From Podarcis vaucheri (lineage: Eukaryota), in the NCBI GenBank assembly GCA_965113315.1, contig OZ220365.1: 64,000 nt of DNA; one strand, written 5' to 3'. The notes beneath the pieces were generated by a model. The model was not told the DNA's origin, searched no databases, and saw only the letters and a list, made by a program, of their open reading frames with translations. The translations under genes were made by a program, and so were the position numbers. Positions 51,101 to 64,000 of this stretch are shown here, in pieces; the first letter of the stretch is position 1, and the number at the start of each line of letters is the position of its first letter.

Positions 51101-54100
51101 TTATTATCTATATTATTAAATGCAGGATCATTAGTTCTTAACCCAATATCTTGTTTTATTTTTTCTGTTGTCTTTTGTTTAGCGAAATCTATAGATTTCA
51201 ATAAATACTGAAAATGATTGATTTTCTTAAAGACAAGTTAGTTTTAAAAAGAAAGAAAAAAGAAAGTGACCAGGAGAAAATAGATCAGGAGCTACTGAGT
51301 TACTAAATGTTCATCTACAAATTAGCACCAATTTGCATCCTCTGTCTGTGGATGAAAATATACAATGTGATATTCACATGTGAGCATTCTCAGCCTAATA
51401 GGGAAGCAGTTTAATTCTTACAGTGTAATGGAGAGGAAAATTTAATTAAAAATAAATTTAGGATGGAATCCAATGTAGCGCTGCATCCCTTATTCTGTCA
51501 GCGCAAGGATTTCACATTGGCAACAGAATGTTCTCCCCCTAAATCTGTTTTAGGGATTCCCCCAATCCTCTGGAGCAGACTTAGGGCATGTGCAGGAGGA
51601 ATAGAGCAGGGGAAGTCCTGACATAGTGACATCAGCTGGACAGCCCCCAAAGGGGTGGATCTTGTCCCTATCACTGCAATAAAGGAATTGTTAACCCATG
51701 GGAGTTGGAGTTCATGTTAGCCATAGGTTCCCCAATGCTGTTCTACAGGACCAAGTATGATGTTCTTAATCTTCACAGGAAATACACAGCTTGGCAAAAC
51801 TTAGAACTTTTGACAGATTGATAGGCATGGTTGCATTTTCTCTTGAACCAATATTATCTACATACCTTAATATCATACCCAGTGCTATTTTTCCAGAAAA
51901 AGAGGTGCCAAAGCTCAGCATGAACTTCTTCCTTGTTCTCTTAGAATGGCAATGGCACCCACCTGAGAGGTACCAGAGCTAAGCTCTGGTGAGTGCCGGC
52001 TGGGGAAAAAGCCCTGATTACACCTTAATATCATTCATAGGTACATACCTTTAGTTTTGATTCATTCATTCAGCATTGTACTTGGGGAGCAACTGCTGAA
52101 AAGAAAACTAACTATTTAGGCTTGTTTTTAAAATGGCTAAGTATACTGCTTCCCTAATAGCAAGTGTCATTGAAATAAAAGCAAACAAACAAACTAAAGC
52201 ACCTTGGCTTATATTAATTCAGCCTGGTCACTGTTAGCTAGTACGAATGAACCTTGAGAGTTATGAAAATTTTATCTGAAGTTTCCATTAATTATGTAGC
52301 AATCCAGGTGGTGTGCTAGTGGGGACTAAGGCATAAACGAAATGAATGGCATAATGAGGAATTTTCAATGACACAGTAGTCGGCTGTCAAGCAGGTCACT
52401 GACCATGACAAAATTGATTTCCCATTGAAGATGAAAGGGAGTGTAAGGCTGAAATCACACATGCGTTTTAAAGCACTTTAATTATCACTTGGGAACCTTA
52501 CCCTGCTTCAGTTAATACACATTACCACTATTCAAAAGTTTTGCTTTCCCCCTCTTTAAATGTCACCGCACACACCTCCAACTAGAGTTTGAGAAGACAA
52601 CACTCCCACTTCCTTATCGTATATGTTGGCCAACGAACGCTTCCCTGTGCCCAGAGTCAGATGCAATTCTATAGTACTCCACAGGTATTCTCCTACATCC
52701 AGTAATGAGATTCACTTGAAATTGTTTGCAATGCATATGGGGGCTTTCATCTGGCGGTAGGAATGCTTCCCATTAAGAATTCTCCTATCCAATTTTTATC
52801 GTTTCCATTAAGGTTCATTTAGCAATGTACAGTTTAATTACAATCAAGACTAAAAGTGCAATCTAACAGAGATCGCAATCTAATAGAGATGGTAACTCCA
52901 CCTCTAGCAGAGGGAACGATTCCCTCTCTATTTTCCATACTACATTACACTATACTGGATACTGTCAGCACTTACACACAGAAAAATAATAAAACAGGGA
53001 TCCGATGACATAAAATTACTCCTTGCAAAGTTCAAAGCAGGCTGCTGTAACTGCTGATCAGATGCATTTTCAGCGCTGATCAGAAGATTGGTGCTGGGAT
53101 TGAGTTTTCAAAGAGGCTCACTGTAACCACCAATCTAGAAAATGGAGTATTTTCACCTCTGTGAAGAAAGCATTTAAATAAGCCCCTTTTTCTTTCAGCA
53201 GAAAGCAGTTTGTGCTCAAAGTGCTGGAGGAAGCCCTTTATCTGCATATCAGCCAAATTCAGCTGGTTATTGGGGATTCAGCTGTGCAGGGCTCTCCTCA
53301 AACCCTAACACCAGCTGGTTGTCAGTGCCTACAGAAAGCCCTGCGCTCTGCTTTAAAGTCTTGATACTCAGCTGTCCCACACCAGGCGTCATATACAGTA
53401 CATCAGGTACAGAGCAAGTAGGTTTGATCTCATCACATTGGCCTGGTGGGTCTAATTGGGCCCACAAGCTAAGGGTTACACACCCATATATTAAAACTTG
53501 ATAATATCTGATGTTTTCAAAGCTTACTGTGTTTCACCATATCTGTTTCTGTTCCCGAAGTGCCCTTTTGATGAAATAGTGTCTAAGCATATGATGCTGT
53601 AATCAATTGATGTATATTTCATTTGCGGTATTCAAGTTGTTCAGTGGGAACACACGGCTTTGATGCAACACATAATCAGGTTAGTTAAAAGCACACCTTT
53701 AAAAGTGGAAGCCTCTGAACACATTTGTGAAATGGCATCCAAAAGGGTGGAGTTTGAAACTGGAACTTGCAAGTGGAAGAAAAAGGCCAAACATGAAATA
53801 CTGAATCTTAAAACAAGGGGGGATGTGCTCTAAAATACTTTAAAGTATCTATTCAAAGCAAGTAGTAGATTCAGATTCCTTGGCTCTTTGAATTCAAGAA
53901 AAAGGCAACAGATGGGGAAAGTCTAATACTACAAAAAAAAGTGTCAGACCTTGGTCATGAAGACATAAGCTACAGGTGACTTACTGTACATGTGACTTTT
54001 AAACATATATCTGTACAGTAAGATGTCATCCCCAGCAATAACGTGTTCTAACATGACCTAATGAATGGAGGGCATGTATGGATTTAGCACTGTATATATA

Positions 54101-55609
54101 AAATGTACTATTTTATTGCATGAGTTCAAATCAGAGTCATTCCGTTTGCAATTGACAATGATAGGTCCATAAATATAGAGATGGCTTAATTAGTTATGAA
54201 GTACTTTAGAGTATAGAAGACATAATCTTGGCTGCACTGTGAAACCACCCTTTGCCATTTAGTTCCTATGATCACTGTATTTAAATTTAGGCATATTTTT
54301 CCACATATCAGACAAGTTGAATATCCTGGTTTTTTACCTTGTTTGAGAGAGGCTGGGCAAGAAATCATTGGAATATCTACCATCTTCTATCTTATTTGGT
54401 GAGGAACTAATTCACCTGTCAGATTCAAATAATATTGCCAAAACAAATATAAAAATGGATGTATGAGCAATCTTGTCCCTGAGAAATGTGCATTAAACCT
54501 AAATATGGGTATTTTATTATGCAAGTCATATAATCTGGAAGACTATTCCAAAGCATAGGCTCACTGCATGACTTTACAGAAATATTTGTTAGGGAAATTT
54601 GAGTAAAGTTTGCCCTTTGCCAATACTTCAAGATAAATTTGTTCTTTCTTTTAAAAGTGTTGTGTTATCAGTCCAACACAATATAATGTTAAACAAGAAC
54701 ACCCAGGCAAAATGTTCTTGAATAAGCTCCATATGCTTACCATTCACTACAAATTAACAATTCTACACACTGGAACTGATTACTACATCTGGGGGCTTCT
54801 TAATGCCAGCTAAGCAATTAGACTATTTAGTGCTGGCTCTTGACATTCTGTGGAACTAAGTGCCTTCCACAGAAAAGAGAAAAATAAATGGTACATAACA
54901 TCATGGAACAGAGTCAACCACTGAGATAGTCCATAGTTACCCTATGTGAAAGTATAGAATGGTCTCTTAGTTCATGCTGCAGAGAATATCTGGTGTATCA
55001 CTATCAACCACATTAAAAGTGAACATTAAGAACATAAACTACATTTGAAGAACATGTTCATGACAGTTTTGAGTAAGAGAATTTGTATGAGTTCATTGTA
55101 TTAAGTTGTGCGCCTGAGTCAATGGTGCCAGTTGCTAAGATTTAATTTTCAACATTAATTACATGTACATCCAACAGACCCTTTTTGGATGGATAAGGGT
55201 AGGGTCCAGAAATTCAGAAAATTTTGTCTTACCTGACTGGCTTTCCAGGTTAACAGACAGCCCTTCCAATGTACATCTAACCCTACTGGAGTGACGGAAG
55301 CAATTGATGAAGAGTAAGAGAAAAAGGATACTTGCAAATAATTTTTAAAAGGTGAGGAGAGATGTAGGTATGCAGTAGGAAGTAGGAAGAAGAGATCTAA
55401 TATGTGGTAGAAGCTCCTTCTCTTGCCTTTCAGGTGTCAAGTGAATTGGACAGTGACTGTTGAACCACAATGTCATTCCTCATTCACTCTTACTATTTCC
55501 ACTCCACATCCCATGCACATCTTTTAAAGGTGTACAAGTTTTATTGCAGGACAAAGACCAAGAGGGGAGAATGGTTATCCGTTGATATTACCTCATCCTG
55601 TCCATGTTA

Positions 55610-55830
55610 AAATAAAAAAAAATTCCTTCCTGTAGCACCTTAAAGACCAACTAAGTTAGTTCTTGGTATAAGCTTTCGTGTGCATGCACACTTCTTCAGT
55701 GTATCTGAAGAAGTGTGCATGCACACGAAAGCTTATACCAAGAACTAACTTAGTTGGTCTTTAAGGTGCTACAGGAAGGATTATTTTTTTTTTTGACTAT
55801 GGCAGACCAACACGGCTACCCATCTGTAAC
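55610..55830 (+). mobile_element. Penelope-like insertion with inverted terminal duplication
   Basis: Perfect 76-bp IR (55624-55699 / 55705-55780). TSD tgtccatgtta at 55599-55609 and 55831-55841. Confidence 0.88.
55701..55738 (+). ncRNA. Minimal type-I hammerhead ribozyme motif
   Basis: GTATCTGAAGAAGTGTGCATGCACACGAAAGCTTATAC, identical to the 48144-48181 motif. Confidence 0.7.
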
Positions 55831-56042
55831 TGTCCATGTTAGTTTAGCTGCAAAAAGTGTGAATTGGCTGTAAGAGGGCATCTGCACCTGTGCTTTCCAT
55901 TTTTATTAAAGCAGGAGTGGCTAACCTTTTCAGCCTAATGGACACATTCACCCTTGCCCAGCCCTTCAACTGGTCACATACCACTGGTGGAGATGGCCAT
56001 ACACATACACCCCATTTACTCACTCACTATCTTACAAAGACA

Positions 56043-56062
56043 GGGCAGGGGTACCTTTACCT
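56043..56062 (+). mobile_element. 20-nt Sauria SINE 3' tail insertion
   Basis: GGGCAGGGGTACCTTTACCT lies between perfect 15-bp direct repeats tatcttacaaagaca. Confidence 0.8.
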
Positions 56063-59000
56063 TATCTTACAAAGACACACATACAACTTGTGGAAGGCAT
56101 ATAGAAGGCCACCTATAGCCATTGAGGTTCCCTACCACAATTTACGGTTCTAAACCGTATAACAACCCTCCATAAGTACAGCAGACTGGAGGATAAGACA
56201 AACGGCAGATTAGCCAGTCAGATAAAGTAATGGAAAAGAGCCAAATGAAAAGATCAGGCAAGAGCATATATTTAAGTTGTTCATTAGCCTGACAAACATA
56301 GAACAAATTGTCCACCATTTTAGGACACATTTGGACTCTTAAGCAAGTGCCATGGGCACAAAACCCTCTGGTCACATCTCTTCATTTCTTCCAAGCAAGT
56401 GCACATACACACGCACACGCGCGCACACACACACACCTCTTTTATGAGGGTTCTGCATAAAAGTTGGATCCAGTAGAATTATTCTGAGCCTCCAAAAGGA
56501 AGTGTGAAAAGGTGGAGCTTTGTGGGTATCAGGGAAGACCTGAAGGGTGCTACTGTGTCCATGGGAATCACTGTGACCTCTGGCATGTTATTATACATAC
56601 TGAATCAAGAAAGTGTTGTTCTTCTGATAGGCAGTAAACTGCTGTGTGGTCTTTTCATAGCCATAATCTTTACTTGCCAGCATATTGCTGTTTCTGCTGC
56701 TGTATTTATCTGTATTTTCCACTTTGTCTTTCGAATCAGGGAAGGAATCTATGCATTTCTGCATTTTTATTATTACCAATTGTTAGATAGTGCTTACTAA
56801 TCCTATTACAGTTAATACCAAAATAGCAGCATCCTCTTTCCTGAGCAGTCTGCTCAACTGAACAGCAGAATTTTTAACTGCTGTAAAGCTAATCTCCTTC
56901 GGTGATTTCAATCATCTTAAAAATAAGACCTCATGATGTTTATTTAGACTACGGTGAAGTATTTCTAACTGTGCTTTAAACACTATGGAACAACACCGAA
57001 TAGATAAATGTGGAAGATCTAGGGCAATTGCGTCCCATCCTCAATCTTCTCCCAAAGAAAATAATAAAACGACAAATTATCTTATGGATACGACAAAAGT
57101 TAATGGATCCCTTTCATAATGGAAGGAAGTGAACAGCAGGGATCTGTACAGGAATGGGAGCTATTTAACTTGATCTGAAGTTAGCGGGCAATGGACAGAA
57201 TAGTCAATAAAAAGGAAAATGCTGGGAAAGTCTCTCATTTAGATTCAAGCTGTGAGGAAAGACTAGAGGTTGCAACATTTTTTTGCCTGGCAATAACCTT
57301 TTAATTTTATTTAGCATATCTTTCATTCCTATATTAACTATAAATCAGGAAATTTCCTTAAGTAAATATGAAATTTAACAACAATAAAGACACACACCCT
57401 AAGGTCTATTGAAACCAACAGAACAAGTACATAGTTAGGGAACAGTAATTTGTCTGAATTGCAGCCACTTAAAGTGGTGAAAGGTATCCCAATGAAATTA
57501 TGATATGGATGAAATGCAGGCACAGCCAAAAAAACTTAAGAACTTTGTTATCTGTTTAAACAAGAATATGAGTCTACACATGAATAAATAGATGTGATTT
57601 TTATGTATGCTGACTTGATATTCTTGCTAACCTTTTTCAGTGTCTGCACAACAGTTAGCGAGACTGAAAAAGTATATGTCACACTCTTCATATGAGCATC
57701 TGCAATGTCACTGTTTCAGAGATCATTGCTATAGTATATAACTAGAGCAATGCTATAGTATATAACTAGAGCGATGCACTCAAAAGTGATTGGCTATATT
57801 ATCACCTATCAATTTACATGCAATAAACATGTGTGGAGAGGTATACAGACAACAGAAAATATATAATATGTAAACAAAATAAACATGTTACCTCTGAACA
57901 GCTAAATTAAATACCTTTTATTCAATGGTACTTTTTGGATTGAAATTATGAATTCAGTTCTTAAAGATCAGCTCTCAAGGGCAAAAGTAGCTGACATTAA
58001 TATGAAATTTGAACTCTAATTAATTGCTCATTGCCTATATGTAATTTGCTGATATGTAATTTGAACAATTATACTATGTTTGCAGTTTTCTAATAATAAT
58101 GTATGAGGACTGTCACAATAAAAGTTTTATCAGCAAACCTCTTCCAATTTGTGTATCCAAATTTGTGTATCTATCAGCTGTTCTAAGAAAGGATTTTATT
58201 TATATAAAAAAAAATCCAGAATACTTACATTTTATTAGGGTGCATTTTCTCAGTCTTTAGATGTATGATTAGCTATGATACTATGTACATGATCATCATC
58301 ATATCATTAATATATTACAATGCAATCTTATTTTTGTTTCACTTTAGTATTATGCTCTCCTTCACTACAAGCAAAGCAACGGTAGCTGAACTACACAGCT
58401 TGCTACAAAAAAAGCACAATCAGGACAAAATGCAGTATTAATCTGAAAAGTAGTTACTTGCATCTTCTTCTAGTACCGCACCACAATTCAAAAGTATTTT
58501 TCATTAACCAGTTACTAATACAGAAGTATATTAAGTATAATTTTATTACTTAATGCCCTGAAGCAAATCTACCAAATTCTTCTTGACAAATGATGCAACC
58601 CCTGAAATATGGCTATCGACAAACATGTCACACATAAATGCAATCTGTTAGTTTTCTTTTTTTAACATTACTGTTTCCAAACTTTTACACTGCAATAGCA
58701 TACTGTGTTCCCATCTTTCCTGATACAGATGGGGAGTAATTTGTTTAAAGTCGCAGCAACACTCATTGTTTGGCGTTGCAGCAACACTCATGACCTAGGT
58801 GACTGAAGAATGAAAAGCACACCTTGAAACATGTACCAGAACAATCAGTAAAGAGATTTCACTTCCAGAAAGTGATGAGAGGAAAGCAAGCATGCAGGAG
58901 ACTCCATTAGGTACAGCTGCAAAATATCCAGAGATGCCAACAGAAGACAAATTCATGAGTTATCTGAAAGAAATACATTGTTTCCTGCCTACAACACATC

Positions 59001-59684
59001 AAAGGGAAATTTCATAGCTCTCTTTGTTAGTGATTTCATTATAGGAAGCAACATGTCCAAGAGTCCTACCATGTAATCAGCAAGAAGACAAAACTCTCAT
59101 AGTCCAAGAGCCCATGTCAAATATGTACATTGTAAGGTACAAAAAGGTTGGATAGTTAGACATCTTACAAAAGTTGTGGCATTTTCAAAAGTGCCAGTTT
59201 TACAACTGCTGGAGTATTTATGGGGTGACTGTCCCCCAAAATCCATCCATTTCCAATAATGTTCAAAGGTACATGGATAAAAAGTATCTGTTGGGGAACA
59301 GTATGTAGGTCTGACTGACTTTGATGGGAGCTTGGGGGTTGAAGCAGGAGAGAGGAATAGAGATTTTCTGTTTGGATTTTCTAGGGGTTTTATGTTATTT
59401 TTAAAGATGTTTTCATAACTGATAAAAATATATTAAAATTCCTAAAGTAAAAAATACTTGTTTACTTTGACATTGCTAAGGTGATACATAACTTCTGAAC
59501 TGATGTTCATAGTTCCAATTTAATGCAAAGGAGATTGTTATGGTTTGGGCCAAATTAAATGGTCTGATTTGGGATTGGTTTTATCTGAAAGAGTCAGGTT
59601 GGATATTTTAAGAAGCAGGAAGGTGATCTGCATAAGTGAGACCAGTTTCAACCATATGCTGGAGTGATCAGAAAAGGTATAAAT

Positions 59685-59820
59685 CAGGCACCCCCATTCT
59701 CGGACCTCCAGATGTTTTGGGACTACAACTCCCATCATCCCTAGCTAACAGGACCAGTGGTCAGGGATGATGGGAGTTGTAGTCCCAAAACATCTGAAGG
59801 GCCAAGTTTGGGGATACCTG
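59685..59820. mobile_element. hAT MITE, 136 bp, largely palindromic
   Basis: CAGG...CCTG ends, a perfect 8-bp TSD gtataaat, and a long internal IR. Confidence 0.9.
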
Positions 59821-59863
59821 GTATAAATCTAAACAAAGTCAAGTCAGCCTGGAGTGTCTGGAA

Positions 59864-59999
59864 TAGGGTTGCCATATTTCAAAAAGTAAAAACCAGGACT
59901 GCCGCCCCCCAAATTGTTGAGCTTTTTATTTTGCTTTTTTTTTTTTTTTAGGAAACCCCCTGACATCAGTTGGGAAAATCCGGGTGGATGGCAGCCCAA
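59864..59999. mobile_element. hAT-type MITE (TAGGGTTGCCA termini)
   Basis: TAGGGTTGCCAT ... ATGGCAGCCC, imperfect TIRs. Confidence 0.6.
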
Positions 60000-61054
60000 A
60001 TGTACAATTCACTATCAGATACCACCTGTTTCATGCCACATTTGCAAGATTTGGCTCATGCCCAGAAGGAACATATCTGGAAGGGAAGACATAGGGAAGA
60101 ATGTTGTATGACTGCCCTAAACAACTTATTCCATGAGAGTGATGTATAAAATAAATGAATTAATCTAATCTCAGATTATTATTAAATAGGTTTATTAAAC
60201 CAGAATGTTATCACACAAAAGAGGTTCTCACTTCCCCAGAATTTTGGGTAGAACTGTCTATGTAAATGCAAGGAAGAAGTTTCTCTTAGAACCAATTTAG
60301 GTAGTCTATCTGCAAGGCACAGGCTCAGTTGCACAAACAACTGCTCAAGTGAAATGCCTGATTGTGAGTGCAGTGCAATCTCACAAATGAGCTAATGGAC
60401 AGACTGTCTCAATTACGGTAGATTTCCAGATATTTTCATTGTATTGTGTTCTTATGAGACTATATGAAAGGCCTAAGGGACCTCCTCAAAACCTAGGGAA
60501 AGAACAGTCTACAATTCCACTCTGTCGGATATGTATTCCTGGGATTTCTGACAAAAAATGTAAGTGTAATTTGCTGCACGGTTCATAAGGTTTACCCTTA
60601 GGGGAAATTTCAGTTATCTGCTTTGTCCTCAGGCAGGTAATAAAGCTTATCAAAGGACCCCTGGCAGATGTCTGATTTCTTCTGTGCCACACTGACAAAC
60701 TTTAGCAGCCATGTCAAGTCACAGGAGGAGAAAAAATGCCCCCAGGTCAAATATTTTATGCAGTCAATTCATTTTTAGCAACAGTCTGTGTCTAGGCAAT
60801 ACACTCGTACCTACCAGCAAAAAGAAAGCAAGAAAGAAACATCGAGACACTTAATTGATGGATATAATGAAATTAATTAAGATCTGAAAAGTGAAATACA
60901 AAGAATACTAATCAATTCTTTTAAAAAATTGTTTCCCAAACTTCTCCTTAATAAAGCATTCAAATTATAAATTACCAAAATAATGGCTTTCAGAACACAG
61001 CTGGTATTATGACTCTATTCTGGAGATTGCTAAAATATAGAACTGGACTGGGAC

Positions 61055-61710
61055 ACCTCTCACAAGAGGTAGTGGTGGCCACCAACTTGAATGGTGTGGC
61101 GTTCGTATGGAGCCCCTGGTCGTCTCACGGACTATTGACCTGTACACCACTAATCCGCTGCCACCAAGCAGGTCCTCCCCGGTAAATCACTTAGTCTCAG
61201 TCAGGTTCTTAAGTTAACAAACAAGAGTGTAGTTTATTGCAGACACAAATAGATTTTAACTGCATTCAAAACGTTGTTACTCTTTACCTTCTTCGTCTTA
61301 TTTTATCCTGTCTCTAACTCTTCTACCTCCCCTCACACAAGAACCAACTGTACTAACCGTCTCTCTGTTTCCAACTGTCTGCCAACTGCTTTTCCAATTG
61401 CCTTTCCCAACCAACCAACCCATTAAAACCAGCCAACTACCCACACCCCAAACCTGGGCTAAGCCCTTTTATAAACAGGTAGGCTCCACCTCTGGCTTTT
61501 CAATTGGTCTACCTGTTAACCCTTTCTCTCCCCCTGTACAGACATTTTAAAACGAACGGGCAAACGCCATAGATGGCTATAAAAAGGATTAGACAAATTC
61601 ATTGAGGATAAGATTATCAGTGGCTCTCACCTATTATGGCTATATTTTACCTCCACTGTCAGAGGAAATGTGGGAATCACTATTAGAGAGAGTAGTGTTA
61701 CGCTCATGCC
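61055..61710 (+). mobile_element. CR1 3' fragment interrupted by the solo LTR
   Basis: GTAGTGGTGGCCACCAACTTG(A/G)ATGG | CTATAAAAAGGATTAGACAAATTCATTGAGGATAAG. Confidence 0.72.
61095..61571 (-). mobile_element. Solo LTR (477 bp) nested in a CR1 fragment
   Basis: Termini TGTGGCGTT...AACGCCATA, 5-bp flanks aatgg/gatgg, minus-strand TATAAAA (about 61467) and AATAAA (about 61233). CR1 sequence is continuous across the insertion. Confidence 0.8.
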
Positions 61711-63642
61711 CTGGTCTCATTGTCTTAACAAGCTTATTAAGTATCCAAATAATGATAGGAGTCAAGGTAAATATGTAGACATATGGATCATGACCTAGTC
61801 AAAACTTATGTCCCACTGATCTCAATCAGAGGATTAAGCATGTTCTTAAATCTCTGGTATTGAAATCAATAGGACTTCAAACTGATTAGCTTTGGTATAT
61901 TGTTGTGTCCATATTGTTTAATTCTTTGGATATGAAAAGGTTTGGGGTGGGGAGTAAGCATAGCTAGGAGAAAGGTATTCTGCCTCTGCTTTTAACTGGC
62001 AGGAAATGGTTACAATACCTCTAGAAAAAACAACTGCTGTTAAACCAGGAAAATGTGACAAAAAGCCTTCCTGTCAATCTGAAGTAAAAATGATCAGCAT
62101 TTGTGGGTAATGACTGAAGTGCTCTTTAGCAAGATGAAAGTACCAAGTACCTATGCAAATCCAATCCAAGCTCTCTGAGGAATAAAATTCATCTCATCTC
62201 ACTTATTGTAAGAATGAGGAGCATCACACAATTGCCCCAAAGGTAGGAATAAATGTTTAAAAATATTAGATATAAATAAATACTGTGTAGCCTACCAGAA
62301 TAAATCTGAGCTTTCTGGTCTTTTGAGTCAAATTTGTTATTATACTTTCTTTACCCCTCATTAGTTCTCACGTACTTTCAAATTGCAACACAATGAAAAC
62401 CAAAAGGACCACATGGCAGATATAGGCTGGCAAATATCTGACATAACATAGCATTTGATAATGCTGTGAGATATATGGCACATTTAAGACAGAGACTTTC
62501 CCAACATCACGTTTCTGCTACATCCTGAACTGTGAAAACTCAGAGCATATCAAAAGCTGCTTCCAGAGGCAGCTTCAGGGCTGCAGGGACCGAAAGCATT
62601 GCATTTGGCACGCTCTCCCTGGTCCCATAATAAAGGTAATAGTCACCTCATCCACAAATAAGGTTAGGTTTGTACCTAAAATATTATTTCCATCTCAATG
62701 ATGCAACAAATGCATTTGAGAACCAAACCAGCACATATTGATCTCAAAATGGTCAATCTTCAATGCTTTCAACCATACAAGTACAATGCTTAGAATGATT
62801 CCAACACTAAAAGCATCAAAGGGCCTTCAGCTTTTAAAATGGTTTCCCCCTTTCCATCTGCAGAAGATCATCAGACCCTTATAACTATAGCCAAGACAGA
62901 AGCTTAGAAAATGTGACTACTGCTTTAGTATTTATAACATATCTATCAGAGACTTTCTGTTTCCTCCATATCCCACCCCCCACGTTCCACACCCATAGGA
63001 GCATAATTTCCCCTCCACACCTCAAAAAAACTGTTATATACACTTTGCAAAGCTTTTAATACAAAAAGCAAGATAAGGGAAAGGAAGTGGAGAGGTATAT
63101 GTTAGAATTTCTCTAAGCAATAAGAGAAATGGCATTATCATGTGTCAAGTTATTTTGCCTCTCACCAGTTCAGAGCAAGTAAAGCACAAAAAACCCTTAA
63201 GTATCAGTTGAGATTCTTCTTGAAATAATTTACAATACATCTAAAACAGAAACAACCACTGATGGCAAATTATTCACAAGCCCAACACTCCTACCTACTG
63301 CCCCTTCAACTTCTTCTTCCCCAAACTGAATTCTTCCAATATGAAATGAACCTTCAACAAAGTAGGCATTTTGCATTTATGTTGGGGATTAGTCAGATTA
63401 TAGTGATACCAACCTATGAGTTATTTTACATAATTACCATACTCAAAAACAACTCCTAGCCTCTGCAAGACAGGATGCATAGTGATTATCTGTATTGTAA
63501 AAATTGAAGATGTTTAAATTTATAGCATGTGGTCAAATTCTTGCCTGTTTATTCAGTCTAGATGTTCTGTTGATTGAGTTTTATTTCAAAAAAAATACTT
63601 TTTGTTTCTTGCAACACTTAGGAGAAAAGAGGCCAAACTTAC

Positions 63643-63672
63643 CACCGCCACCTCCGAGAAGACTTGAATTAG
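63643..63672 (-). CDS. MACROD2: 30-nt internal coding exon of a MacroD-type ADP-ribosylhydrolase (MACROD2 favoured, MACROD1 not excluded)
   Basis: ttctcttgttcttccacag|CTAATTCAAGTCTTCTCGGAGGTGGCGGTG|gtaagt. Phase 1-1, translating as (A)NSSLLGGGG(V) of the NAAN..LLGGGGVDG motif. No next exon was seen in more than 63 kb, which fits the giant MACROD2 introns. Confidence 0.8.
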
Positions 63673-64000
63673 CTGTGGAAGAACAAGAGAACCAAGAATT
63701 ACATCAGAGCAAGATTTGCGTGTTGTTTTTTTAAATATTCTCTAACAATACAAAAACAAAAATAAAGCCAGTCCACCTTCTCTGTTAACACAAGGACTTT
63801 AGGCAAAGTTTAAATTAAACATTACATACAAAACAATATGCAGCTTCTATTTCTATGTGGACGAAAATGAAATAACAGTACAGTCACAGATTTAGTTGTC
63901 AAGGCAAGGCCCATGAACCTGTGTGGGGAAGAATGCGTAGAGTGCCATTTCTTGCATAAGTAAAGACCTATCCAGATCTTTCTCACTGTTGCTAGAATCC

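Noticed and set aside
63504-63734. Plus-strand ORF with a PPPPP stretch
   Set aside because: Antisense of the GGGG-encoding microexon. The splice signals are on the minus strand.

Overview
Vertebrate genomic DNA, AT-rich and CpG-poor, most likely from a squamate and probably a lacertid lizard. The evidence is the repeat content: Sauria/Squam1 SINEs, a Squam3-like SINE, Bov-B, lizard-type L1/L2/CR1, Penelope-like ends, and Tc1/mariner and hAT MITEs. The only host exon I can support is a 30-nt minus-strand microexon at 63643-63672 encoding (A)NSSLLGGGG(V), the macrodomain glycine loop of MACROD2/MACROD1. The rest of the window therefore appears to be one very large intron. The main feature is an apparently intact and very young Ty3/Gypsy chromovirus of the Tf1/sushi type (30727-36286, minus strand; LTRs 452/453 identical). 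It shows (i) an 11-nt self-priming PBS instead of a tRNA PBS, (ii) a G_GUA_AAA slippery site plus an H-type pseudoknot for -1 gag-pol frameshifting, and (iii) a Pol ORF running about 116 codons into the 3' LTR. Most interestingly, (iv) two tandem acidic F/LxGF motifs follow a chromodomain with an incomplete aromatic cage. These resemble the LEDGF/p75-IBD / TFIIS-N-domain-binding motifs of IWS1, JPO2 and POGZ, and suggest a host-mimicry route for integration targeting (inference, untested). Penelope-derived minimal hammerhead ribozyme motifs, one within a perfect 76-bp inverted repeat, and several TSD-bounded insertions are also present. Repeat family names are from recognition, not from a database search.
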